Assembly (NCBI RefSeq): GCF_000020025.1
Contig: NC_010631.1
Span: 210,001-242,000, forward strand
Source of the DNA: Nostoc punctiforme PCC 73102
GTDB lineage: Bacteria > Cyanobacteriota > Cyanobacteriia > Cyanobacteriales > Nostocaceae
Reading direction: 5' to 3'
Length of the DNA: 32,000 bases
Of this stretch, positions 1 to 7,946 are shown piece after piece (position 1 is the stretch's first letter; each line of letters starts with the position of its first letter). The notes beneath the pieces were generated by a model. It was not told the origin of the DNA. It ran no database searches and was given only the letters and a program-made list of their open reading frames with translations. The translations under genes and the position numbers were made by a program.

Positions 1-20
1 CAATTTGCAATTCAAAAGGT

Positions 21-1475
21 TTACGCTCGAAGCGCTAATTTTAATTGCGCTTCAACTTCTCGCAAATTCATGGAAGATAATTTGGAGTTGCTCGAAACTT
101 TCGGCTCATTTGCTTTAGCTTGAAGTTTCGCTTTTAGCTGGAGCATTTGTGGGCTTTTTTGATACTCCAAAGATGGCTCTTGTTTGAAAAGCTCTTGCTG
201 ACGGCGTATTTGGTCTTGTAGCAAAGCATCTTCAAGCGTGGTGCTAGTGTTTGGTCTTTTCGTCGTAGCAGTATGCAGTTGACATAGGGGCTGTTTTTCT
301 GTTTGCAATACTGCTTGGTGATAACGCTGCATCAAATTTGTCCACCCACCCTTGTTTTTCTCCCAAGTGTTCATGACTGCAACAGCATGAGTAATTTCCT
401 GTTGTGCCGAGAGTTTAGACTTAGTAGCTAATTCTTTTGCCAGGAAATCAACGACTATCGGGTTGAAGTTCTGGTACAAGTTATTCAGCTTTCGTTCTCC
501 ATTGCGCCAAGGTAAAACCCAGCAATTCCACTTGATTGAGTCTCTGACAAGCAGGGGCACACAATCATCACTCATAGCAGTCGGGTCTGTTAACCAGGCA
601 TCAATCAGTTCTTTCACGTTCCGGGCTGTCTTGTAGGGACAGGTTAGTTGCACCTTATTCGATTGTTCGGATTTCTCGAACGACCCTGCCGCAATAGTAG
701 GTCTACAAGAGGGGTTATCGGTTTGTTGCAAAGTCTCGGATTTATTTAACAACGAAGTGGAAAGTTGTGGGGTTGGTTCTTCTGGAGTTAGTTCTTCAAG
801 TTCTTCAAGTTCTGTTTGAAGGTTCAAGTCAATTTGCTCATTTTCACACACACTTTCATGGTTTGGGAGTGGGCTATTTTCAGGTGGCGCGTCCTTAAGT
901 GGGAGTACCTTAACAGGGATATCTTTAATGGGAATACCTTCGTGGGTCAAAATTGACCCCACCCCCAATGCATTTTTGACCCCAGTAGGGGGAGCAAAAT
1001 TGACCCCACCCCCCATGCATTTTTGACTGGGGTCGTTTTTAACCGGGCTTTCTTTTTTAATTTTGATTTGTTCTCGTAAGAGCAATACCTGTTTAGGCTC
1101 TACCCACTCACTTGCCGGAGCTAATGTATAAATGTTGGTAGTACCAGGACGTTCTTGTATTGTGAGCATTCCTGTAGCTAACAAAACCTTCAGGGCATTT
1201 TTGGCGGTTTTGAGAGCCATATAACAATGTTGAGCCATTTTTGGAATCGATTCAAAACAGCCCTGTCCACCTGCCCTTCTTTGTATATGGGAATAAAGCC
1301 TGAATTCCTCTGGTTCGAGTGGATAATCATCAAGAAAACTGGGGATGAATGCTCCAAAATTTGAACGGTTATGTAAGGTATTTTGATTTGATGCTAAATT
1401 CATATTTATAGACCCTGCTAGATATGCAATCTTTTTTCCCCCGCACTCCACAAGCGGGGGTTTTGCTTTATTCAC
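21..1475 (-). CDS. Winged-helix DNA-binding protein, candidate replication initiator/organiser of a mobile element
   Basis: 484-aa ORF, last gene of the long leftward operon. The N-terminal segment EEFRLYSHIQRRAGGQGCFESIPKMAQHCYMALKTAKNALKVLLATGMLTIQERPGTTNIYTL reads as a winged-helix module. The middle is acidic/Pro-rich low complexity and carries iteron-like DNA repeats (947-1030). The start is ambiguous: GTG 1475 (overlaps the stop of a small upstream ORF as GTGA) or ATG 1403. Confidence 0.6.
   Translation of the reverse strand: MNKAKPPLVECGGKKIAYLAGSINMNLASNQNTLHNRSNFGAFIPSFLDDYPLEPEEFRLYSHIQRRAGGQGCFESIPKMAQHCYMALKTAKNALKVLLATGMLTIQERPGTTNIYTLAPASEWVEPKQVLLLREQIKIKKESPVKNDPSQKCMGGGVNFAPPTGVKNALGVGSILTHEGIPIKDIPVKVLPLKDAPPENSPLPNHESVCENEQIDLNLQTELEELEELTPEEPTPQLSTSLLNKSETLQQTDNPSCRPTIAAGSFEKSEQSNKVQLTCPYKTARNVKELIDAWLTDPTAMSDDCVPLLVRDSIKWNCWVLPWRNGERKLNNLYQNFNPIVVDFLAKELATKSKLSAQQEITHAVAVMNTWEKNKGGWTNLMQRYHQAVLQTEKQPLCQLHTATTKRPNTSTTLEDALLQDQIRRQQELFKQEPSLEYQKSPQMLQLKAKLQAKANEPKVSSNSKLSSMNLREVEAQLKLALRA
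947..1030. repeat. Iteron-like direct repeats inside the replication-like gene
   Basis: Two 33-nt units CAAAATTGACCCCACCCCC[A/C]ATGCATTTTTGAC lie at 948-980 and 995-1027 with 1 mismatch. They give four TTGAC(C) sites at about 952, 975, 999 and 1022 (23-24 bp spacing). An AT-rich stretch follows at 1035-1075. Confidence 0.6.
1438..1470 (+). terminator. Intrinsic-terminator-like hairpin oriented for the plus strand
   Basis: CCCCCGC (1438-1444) / 9-nt loop / GCGGGGG (1454-1460), followed by TTTTGCTTTATT. On the minus strand the hairpin is followed by an A-run, so it is not a minus-strand terminator. Confidence 0.3.
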
Positions 1476-1653
1476 GCATCCAACGGAAATTGTCTGACTT
1501 TGAGTTGTTCGGGAAATTCTTCAATTTCGCCACCCTTTTTATCGCGGGTTTTAAATCGTTGCCCCTGGAAGTCCCGCATTCGCCCCCAACTGTTTAACAA
1601 ATACAGGCGTTTGCGATTGCTGGCACTGTTGGACAATAGACTTACTAATGCCG

Positions 1654-2253
1654 TTATCTCTTGCCCCCAATGTGTGGGCGAAATGTCAGATTAAAACGCG
1701 AGCTAACGACTTTGTTAGTTTTGGGAACTTGATGCAGATGTGTTGATTGGCAACCTGGGTGCATCACCAGTAAACTCCCGTGTTCCAGCCAAAAATCAGT
1801 AGACTTACTCCCGATAGGCTTAATCTGAAACTTCCGCATCGAACCCAAACTGATGGATGCGATTGCTGGGTTAAATCCCATTGATGCTTCACTATCGTTG
1901 TGCCACCCGATGCTATCAGAGCCACTTCTGTACTGATTGCCGATGACAATACGGAAGCTGTAGTCAGTAGCAGCAGTAATCTTATCTCGCAGTTGGGCTA
2001 GCGATGAAGTCCAAGGCAGTGGTTTAAGTAGTACGCTCTTGGAGTAGAGGTAATCACAGCCCTCGTCCCCATAAATGCATTCCAAGCGGGGAACAGGCAT
2101 CGTTTTACCCAACATCCTGATTTGGTTTTGCTGCCATTGCAGTTCTTGGCAATGTTGATATAGTTCATCGGCTTCTTCTTTAAAAAGAAAATTTGGATAG
2201 TAATTGACTGGTACAGTAGAAGCAAATTCGGGAAATAAAGTTAGTTGTTGCAT
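1654..2253 (-). CDS. alkB: Fe(II)/2-oxoglutarate-dependent dioxygenase, AlkB family (alkylation repair)
   Basis: 199 aa. HxD in IGWHNDSE, second His in STHLHQVP, and RFNLTFR near the C-terminus, all in the AlkB-typical order. Overlaps the upstream methyltransferase gene by 13 nt. Confidence 0.85.
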   Translation of the reverse strand: MQQLTLFPEFASTVPVNYYPNFLFKEEADELYQHCQELQWQQNQIRMLGKTMPVPRLECIYGDEGCDYLYSKSVLLKPLPWTSSLAQLRDKITAATDYSFRIVIGNQYRSGSDSIGWHNDSEASMGFNPAIASISLGSMRKFQIKPIGSKSTDFWLEHGSLLVMHPGCQSTHLHQVPKTNKVVSSRFNLTFRPHIGGKR

Positions 2254-2939
2254 AATTCTCCTTTGGCTATTGCCTGTACAATCTCAAAAGCCTGTTCGGG
2301 CGATTTCGCCTGCTCAGGGTTCTTGTAAAATCCAGCGATCGCAGACTTGGGACGTACAATAATTTGTTGACCAGTAGCGCGTTTGTCCCACACAAAGCAG
2401 GAGATGGTAACGTTATCGGTAGCCCAGCGAGTACCCCGTTTATCCTTACGAAAGCAGAAGCGTGGCAAAATCAGTACAAGTGAGGGCGGATGCTGCTGTA
2501 AGAAATCAGCCCGGTCATCACAGGGTTCAAGAAAGCTGGTTAGAAGGAATGCAGCTACACCAATACGCGCTTTTTGGAAGGCATTCTTGATAATTGGTGC
2601 AGCAAAATCCGAATATGGTGGATTAGTACAAATCCAATCGCAATCGGGGAATTTAGCCCAGGACTCGGATAGTGTTGCGTCATAGTGATAATCTGCTTCT
2701 TTGTTGGGGTCAACATCGTTAGTCCAGATTCTTTGGGTGTCTGGCCATACTCGGAGTAAAGATGCGATCGCTCCATGCCCCACACACGGCTCACCAATAG
2801 CACCGGATAACCTAACGTGACGCAGTAGTTCTGTAGTAAACCAGGACGGAGACTCGTAAAAGTTCAGTGGATGTCTACCAACAGTTTCTATAGATGCACT
2901 TGTATGTGATTGTGGTGTCAGGAGTTGTGCAACAGTCAT
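2241..2939 (-). CDS. Orphan DNA N6-adenine methyltransferase (phage/plasmid type)
   Basis: 232 aa. AdoMet-binding-like EPCVGHGAI precedes the catalytic TNPPY (NPPY motif IV). No adjacent restriction endonuclease candidate. Confidence 0.75.
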   Translation of the reverse strand: MTVAQLLTPQSHTSASIETVGRHPLNFYESPSWFTTELLRHVRLSGAIGEPCVGHGAIASLLRVWPDTQRIWTNDVDPNKEADYHYDATLSESWAKFPDCDWICTNPPYSDFAAPIIKNAFQKARIGVAAFLLTSFLEPCDDRADFLQQHPPSLVLILPRFCFRKDKRGTRWATDNVTISCFVWDKRATGQQIIVRPKSAIAGFYKNPEQAKSPEQAFEIVQAIAKGELCNN

Positions 2940-3139
2940 AAATTCTCTCCAACTTGTTTGACAACTTGAGCGCTGATTGATTCAAAATCCACTTGAAAAA
3001 TGTTCATCTCAGTCAGCATCTCGCCAGTGTTATAGCGGTCTACAATATGCTGTTTAATGCCTAATTCTGAAAGCCCATCGGGGATATTAATGTGAGCTTC
3101 ACTAATAATCTTTTCGGTGACTCTAACAATAACTCTCAT
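2936..3139 (-). CDS. Hypothetical small protein
   Basis: 67-aa ORF in the operon frame. Its stop overlaps the start of the downstream methyltransferase gene by 4 nt (ATGA-type coupling). Confidence 0.5.
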   Translation of the reverse strand: MRVIVRVTEKIISEAHINIPDGLSELGIKQHIVDRYNTGEMLTEMNIFQVDFESISAQVVKQVGENL

Positions 3140-3206
3140 GTTGGTTATGCCAAATATGAAAAAGTGTTTAACGTGGCGATTGCTACTTGTTTAATAGCGA
3201 TCGCTT

Positions 3207-3869
3207 TTATCTCCAAGGTGTAAAATTATTCCACTGAAACCAGCTTGAGCTAGAATCAGAGTATGCAGTGGTGCGATGGATTGCTAGCGGATTACCCCAG
3301 TAGCAGCAAGCGTTGATGGCGAATGTAGGAACTTCGTTATAAGTTCCGTCTTGCAGGAGAACAGTAGAAACCTCATCTTCAGCCCAGAGTTCCAGCCATT
3401 CCCCATGCAAGTACTCGGCGTAAAACTGACAGAACCAACTTTGATTCCAGCGTGATTCAGCTTCGCGGTTGTAGTGCCACAGCTTGAAGGCGATGTTCCA
3501 GTGCGCCAGGAAGTCGAGAGCCACGGGCTTGGACTGCATCAAAATTTCCTTATCCCCCGGCACAAGCGTCAGTTCCTCGCACAGCCTTGGAAGCTCTACA
3601 GTGACACCACCATATTCGACGGTGTACCATTCGATTCCGCTAATACCCTGGCTTACTTGTTCTGCCCAAATTGACTGCCTTTTATCGGCTGTGTCTTTTG
3701 ACTTAGCCAGAAACATATCGAAACGCAATACTGTCTCTACTGGTGAGAGTCCACCTTCTACTGCGTGGTTTTGTCGGGCAAGGTCACACGCTGACTGCCA
3801 ACCGGTTGCGTTAATAGTGTCTATCTGTTTAGCGATCGCACTTGCTCTTGGATCGTGGAATCGTGTCAT
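3207..3869 (-). CDS. Hypothetical protein (Trp-rich)
   Basis: 220-aa ORF co-oriented in the leftward operon. 4-nt overlap with the upstream ORF 3866-4231. No family recognised. Confidence 0.6.
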   Translation of the reverse strand: MTRFHDPRASAIAKQIDTINATGWQSACDLARQNHAVEGGLSPVETVLRFDMFLAKSKDTADKRQSIWAEQVSQGISGIEWYTVEYGGVTVELPRLCEELTLVPGDKEILMQSKPVALDFLAHWNIAFKLWHYNREAESRWNQSWFCQFYAEYLHGEWLELWAEDEVSTVLLQDGTYNEVPTFAINACCYWGNPLAIHRTTAYSDSSSSWFQWNNFTPWR

Positions 3870-4231
3870 TTATCTACCTCAAAATCTGGAATGAATTGGG
3901 GTGCGATTGTTTTGTGTAGGTTAATCACAACTAAGATGGTTTCAAGCGAAGATGTATTCACGCCACCATCAAAAACTGTTTGTCTGCCTGAGTAAGTTCC
4001 ATGCAGCATGAAGTATGAAAGGTATCGTCTCCCTTGCTCATTTCCCAAGTTGTGGACAGCATCGCTAATTAAATCGACTGCACACAGATCCAAAATTGTT
4101 TGGTGCTGCCAATTTAGAGACTCAACATCTAACCATTCGGCTACAGTTGATGAGAGAAAGTAGCCGTATCCTTGGTAAAATTTGTAGGCAAGACTGATTT
4201 GTTTACCGATTTCGTCAATTTGTTCTTCCAC
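3866..4231 (-). CDS. Hypothetical protein
   Basis: 121-aa ORF, co-oriented, tightly packed. No family recognised. Confidence 0.55.
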   Translation of the reverse strand: MEEQIDEIGKQISLAYKFYQGYGYFLSSTVAEWLDVESLNWQHQTILDLCAVDLISDAVHNLGNEQGRRYLSYFMLHGTYSGRQTVFDGGVNTSSLETILVVINLHKTIAPQFIPDFEVDK

Positions 4232-4240
4232 TGTTTCACC

Positions 4241-5047
4241 TTAATTAGACTCGTTAAACAATTGCGTCACCTTTGGCAACCACCGCAGTTGAAACACAGT
4301 CTGGTTTGAACCTTTAGCGATCGCTGCAACCATTCGCCCCCATTGTTTACCTGAGTCAGTTGGGCGATATGGGATTTTCTTGTCATCAGTTCTGTACTGT
4401 AAGCCAGCATGGACTAACCAGTTGTTTACAGCTACCGCACTCATTCCAACTTTCTCGCCAATATCTGTAGGCTTGAGATATGCGTCATCGCTGACATTGG
4501 TAATTGCGATCGCAGTCTTGAGTTCATCGGCTGCTGGCTTGAGTGCGGGGTTGACTCTAATGGCAGCGTTAACAGCTAACTGCGCGGTAAGGGATTTCTC
4601 TAATCCGGCAAATTCACCCACCAGCAGGGCTAACTGTGCAGCTTCATGGGATGGGAGCAATTTATGTGGTGATTCTTGCTGTTGTATTGGCTCTACTTGG
4701 GTTGTCAGCATTACTTTCATTAAGGTTCTGTTGGCCCAGATGCGGAACTCTACAGATACCCACCGAGCTAAATCAATGGCAATCTCTGGATGAACCCAAG
4801 TACCTTGGGAGTTAGCGCGTCCAGATATGTCGATTACAAGTGACGATATGGGGATTCCCATATCGTGGCTGAGAGCTTGCAAATACTCGGTTGTAGACTT
4901 AAGCCTAACGTAATCAGCCAATAATTTCTTATTAGCTTTAGCCATCTGGGTTGCATTCACGTAGCCCTTTGGGATACTGTATTTACCTATTTCCCCGTCT
5001 TGGGGCATTTGCTGAATTTCTGAGTTACGCCATGAGTGCGTCAACAT
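4241..5047 (-). CDS. KilA-N domain-containing DNA-binding protein
   Basis: The N-terminal ~100 aa (YSIPKGYVNATQMAKANKKLLADYVRLKSTTEYLQALSHDMGIPISSLVIDISGRANSQGTWVHPEIAIDLARWVSVEFRIW) fit the KilA-N pattern (NATqmak..., GTWvHp.iAi.lA.W). The C-terminal half is uncharacterised. Confidence 0.8.
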   Translation of the reverse strand: MLTHSWRNSEIQQMPQDGEIGKYSIPKGYVNATQMAKANKKLLADYVRLKSTTEYLQALSHDMGIPISSLVIDISGRANSQGTWVHPEIAIDLARWVSVEFRIWANRTLMKVMLTTQVEPIQQQESPHKLLPSHEAAQLALLVGEFAGLEKSLTAQLAVNAAIRVNPALKPAADELKTAIAITNVSDDAYLKPTDIGEKVGMSAVAVNNWLVHAGLQYRTDDKKIPYRPTDSGKQWGRMVAAIAKGSNQTVFQLRWLPKVTQLFNESN

Positions 5048-5086
5048 AATTCATTTCCTGGTTATTGAACAAAATAGTTAATTAAT

Positions 5087-5545
5087 TCAGGCATTCACCT
5101 GCACCAAACTTTTCTCACCAACCAGCGAGAAGCGATTGAGTATAGTCGGGGTTTCGATCAATGTTGGTGATACCAATTCGACAAGGTAAAACCAAAACTT
5201 ATCCACAAGTACAACCCCTAGAATTAATCGTTGTTTTGTGTCATCTCCATAAGAGGACAGGATTATTCTCTGCCCTAAAACGAAAGCAGGTTTTTCCACG
5301 GTGAGGGTTTGTAATTGCCCAGTCCCAATAATTTGATATTCTGTAGCGTGGACAATTTCATCACCACAGATGACCGTATAAAGCCAGCATTCATGTTTCC
5401 ATTGCACACCAGAACAATAACCAAATGTTCTCGTGGTTTTTAAGTAAACTCTTTCTAATAAATTGACCTCAACGGGTGGAAGTGTTTTGCCCCAAGGTGG
5501 GGAGATATACCAACTGGTTTTCAGAGCGCTAACGTAGTCAATCAT
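5087..5545 (-). CDS. Hypothetical protein
   Basis: 152-aa ORF co-oriented in the operon. No family recognised. Confidence 0.55.
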   Translation of the reverse strand: MIDYVSALKTSWYISPPWGKTLPPVEVNLLERVYLKTTRTFGYCSGVQWKHECWLYTVICGDEIVHATEYQIIGTGQLQTLTVEKPAFVLGQRIILSSYGDDTKQRLILGVVLVDKFWFYLVELVSPTLIETPTILNRFSLVGEKSLVQVNA

Positions 5546-5586
5546 GCTTTTTCCTCGTTGATTTTAATTTCAATAAGGTCAATAAC

Positions 5587-5790
5587 CTAAAAATCTTCGG
5601 CAATCTCCAACAAAAAACCGCGTCCCGTGTTCTGCACTTGCACCAGTTCCTTATCGAGTAGAGTTTGAATAACTGAATCTGAGAATTGGAATTGCAACTG
5701 ATGTAATGGCACACAACCACCGCAAAACTGAAGCACACGCAGCAAATGATTGGCTCTACGGTCAAAGTTGTTGTCAGCCGTCTTAGACAT
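5587..5790 (-). CDS. Hypothetical small protein
   Basis: 67-aa ORF. Its start overlaps the stop of 5783-6109 by 8 nt. Its composition is more protein-like than the alternative overlapping frame 5538-5765. Confidence 0.45.
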   Translation of the reverse strand: MSKTADNNFDRRANHLLRVLQFCGGCVPLHQLQFQFSDSVIQTLLDKELVQVQNTGRGFLLEIAEDF

Positions 5791-6109
5791 TCGCTGCTCC
5801 TCCAGTTACTACAGCTAACTGTTGCTGAAGAATTGCTATTTGCTGTTGATAAAAGTCAATCTCTGCGGTAATTTGCTGGAATAATTCTTCTGGCGTGAGC
5901 GGTTGGATTTGATCCTCTTTCAAGTACGATATTTCATCAGAATTCTTGTTAGGCATCAGAGCATAACGCCAACCATCATCAAATTGTTCAGCCAACTCTG
6001 TACCCGATGGGTAGTAGTAAAGTCCGAGAATCGTGCCTTGTTCTGTACGCTGTTCCAAAGTAAAACGAGGGTAGCCCCAGTGTTGGGGGATTGAGATTAT
6101 TGGTTGCAT
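5783..6109 (-). CDS. Hypothetical protein
   Basis: 108-aa ORF co-oriented in the operon. No family recognised. Confidence 0.55.
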   Translation of the reverse strand: MQPIISIPQHWGYPRFTLEQRTEQGTILGLYYYPSGTELAEQFDDGWRYALMPNKNSDEISYLKEDQIQPLTPEELFQQITAEIDFYQQQIAILQQQLAVVTGGAANV

Positions 6110-6142
6110 TGATTTAATTGAGGATTGGTGAATAAATAATTA

Positions 6143-6208
6143 GGGAAAGGGCAAAGGGGAAGGGAATGAAGAAATTTACCTTTCCCCCTTACCCTTTAAC
6201 CTTTTCCC
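6143..6208. repeat. Purine/pyrimidine-rich imperfect hairpin (GGGAAAGGG...TTTACCTTTCCCCCTT family), copy 1
   Basis: GGGAAAGGGCAAAGGGGAAGGGAATGAAGAAATTTACCTTTCCCCCTTACCCTTTAACCTTTTCCC lies between two minus-strand genes. Related copies sit at 17863-17907 and 31543-31634. Confidence 0.5.
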
Positions 6209-6223
6209 AAGCGAAGCCCAAGA

Positions 6224-7021
6224 CTACGCCGTGACTAACTCTGCACTCTCCAGCAGCCGTTGCAATCTATCGCCAGTTAGCTGTTCTAACGGTTGCCCTA
6301 AAAAATATTCATCAAAGATGGATTTACTATCACAAGACACATCCACCATCGACAATGAGCGCACAGCATCAAGCACCGAGTTAGAATACTGCTGCTGGAC
6401 TGAATAACGCCTTTTCACCCACCAGTTCCCGTCAGTGCATCCGACTTGCCCCAGTTTCACGCCTTTGTTGTTGTAAATGCCATCATCGAGAATTTCAAAC
6501 CCGTAATTTTGGCACTCGTTGAAGATATGCGCCATGATTTGGTTTTCGGTCGTGGGGGGTGTTGCTTGTTGCTCCTGCACTGGCAGTGTTCCATCTTTAT
6601 AATGAGTGCAGATGAAGCGATCGCAACGCATTAGAGTGTTGGCACGAAATAATTCTTTATCGTTGACCATGACTACCCAGCGTTGCGTTAAATGGTTGTC
6701 GTCATGGCTGATGCTGGCTATCAGTTTGTCATCAGTGTAATATTCGTGATGGTCAAACGAGATTTCGACTATTCTGAGGGGTTCGGGAGCAACAGCTTGG
6801 GCTTGGTCAGCGATGTAGTTGTCGAGTTCGGCTTGGGCGAGGGCTTGGTTGTCAACCTTTTGAAGCTTAGTGGATTGGTCGGTGATAATTGCGTTTACCC
6901 AGGATTCTTTGCAGCGTTTGTCTGAGACTTCAGTTTTAGTATCAAGTTGGGCATAAATAGTTTTAAGTTGATTGAGAGTTTTTCGTTGCAGTTGTTGTTG
7001 AGTGTAGATTGGGTGTGTCAT
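6224..7021 (-). CDS. Hypothetical protein, first gene of the leftward operon
   Basis: 265-aa ORF starting 113 nt downstream of the predicted leftward promoter. No family recognised. Confidence 0.6.
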   Translation of the reverse strand: MTHPIYTQQQLQRKTLNQLKTIYAQLDTKTEVSDKRCKESWVNAIITDQSTKLQKVDNQALAQAELDNYIADQAQAVAPEPLRIVEISFDHHEYYTDDKLIASISHDDNHLTQRWVVMVNDKELFRANTLMRCDRFICTHYKDGTLPVQEQQATPPTTENQIMAHIFNECQNYGFEILDDGIYNNKGVKLGQVGCTDGNWWVKRRYSVQQQYSNSVLDAVRSLSMVDVSCDSKSIFDEYFLGQPLEQLTGDRLQRLLESAELVTA

Positions 7022-7140
7022 GATAAGTGTTACTACATCTATAGAGTAGGTGTTTTACAAAAGGTGATTGCCTCCAAAGTTTCTCAGGCTAAGGGCATCG
7101 CCTTTTGTTGTAAGCATGGTTTTCCTTGCTAACTAACCCC

Positions 7141-7169
7141 ATATTATGCTTTTAAAAGCATTTTGTCAA
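7141..7169 (-). promoter_or_regulatory. Leftward sigma70-type promoter
   Basis: The minus strand reads TTGACA (7169-7164), exactly 17 nt of spacer, then TAATAT (7146-7141). The spacer is filled by the 16-bp palindrome ATGCTTTTAAAAGCAT. Confidence 0.65.
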
Positions 7170-7224
7170 GCTTTTAAAAGCATAAAAATTGTTTTTAAAA
7201 GCTTGCTATTTTTCTTTTAAAAGT
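7146..7224. promoter_or_regulatory. Array of four palindromic operators (core CTTTTAAAAG)
   Basis: ATGCTTTTAAAAGCAT 7146-7161 (perfect palindrome), AGCTTTTAAAAGCA 7169-7182, GTTTTTAAAAGC 7191-7202, TCTTTTAAAAGT 7213-7224. The centres are 22, 21 and 22 bp apart. Confidence 0.75.
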
Positions 7225-7231
7225 ATAGAGT
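7203..7231 (+). promoter_or_regulatory. Rightward promoter of the repressor gene
   Basis: TTGCTA (7203-7208), 17-nt spacer containing operator 4, then TAGAGT (7226-7231). An AAGGAGG RBS precedes ATG 7255. Confidence 0.5.
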
Positions 7232-7254
7232 GATTAGGAAAGGAGGTTATCACT

Positions 7255-7590
7255 ATGTCTGGCGTTAGCAAATTGTCTTATGCCTTTGTAGACTTATATA
7301 GAAGTCGCAGAGGTATAAGTATGGATATGTCCCTGATTAGGGAGCGGATGGAGGAACTAGGCATAGATTTAGCAACATTAACCCGTCGCTATTGTGAGAT
7401 TCGTCGCCGCAAAGGGGATGAGTCTGCAACCCCTGTCAATCGGAGAAATATGCTTGCTAAAGCAATATCTGATCAAGGAAACCCAACGCTGGAAACTTTT
7501 ATGGATATACTTGCTGCTTTAGATGGCAAAGTCCTGATTGAGTGGAAAAGCACAAAGGTGAAAGAGTTTGGAGGTGACAATGCCGCGTGA
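7255..7590 (+). CDS. XRE/cI-like helix-turn-helix transcriptional regulator
   Basis: 111 aa with a strong RBS. The segment RRNMLAKAISDQGNPTLETFMDILAALDGKVLIEW matches the XRE-family HTH tail (...s.isk.e.g.NPtl.tl..i..aL...l). Divergent from the early operon across the operator array. Confidence 0.7.
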   Translation: MSGVSKLSYAFVDLYRSRRGISMDMSLIRERMEELGIDLATLTRRYCEIRRRKGDESATPVNRRNMLAKAISDQGNPTLETFMDILAALDGKVLIEWKSTKVKEFGGDNAA

Positions 7591-7946
7591 ACGCAATTGT
7601 AGGTGAAGCAATTAATATGCAGGCATGATCATTAGGTTTCTGGGCTAGATTAAAGCTGAAATGTAAAAGCTAATGAGACAGTGGTTGTAGATAACAATGC
7701 CTACTTTTCATAAAATCAAGCTATCAGAAGGGAAACATCTAACCGATACATAATCAACCTTACTGAGCGCTATGAGAATTAATCGCCCTCTGAAAGGGGC
7801 GGCCTCCACAATTTTATTTGCTTAATATTACACCTATGGAATTTCCACGCCTTCAAGGGAGTTTCCAGGCATCGCAGTCCCAAAGTTGAAAAACAACTAA
7901 GCGATCACAGGTGCAACAGATGCAAATATATCTAAACAAACTTACG

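Noticed and set aside
1500-1694. 64-aa plus-strand ORF
   Set aside because: It is the only plus-strand ORF in a dense minus-strand operon. It overlaps the AlkB 3' end, has odd Ser/Arg/Leu-rich composition and has no RBS.
2383-4793. Plus-strand ORFs 2383-2685, 3474-3674, 3484-3894 and 4380-4793
   Set aside because: All are antisense to longer minus-strand ORFs with recognisable domains or tight operon packing. Their composition is low complexity.
5538-5765. 75-aa Cys-rich minus-strand ORF overlapping 5587-5790 in another frame
   Set aside because: The alternative frame (5587-5790) has the 8-nt stop/start overlap with the upstream gene and a more ordinary composition. The two cannot both be favoured.
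7784-7801. Hairpin CGCCCT-CTGAAA-GGGGCG as the terminator of the repressor gene
   Set aside because: The stem is short and includes a G-U pair, and the T-run begins only ~10 nt after the stem. It is too weak to call.
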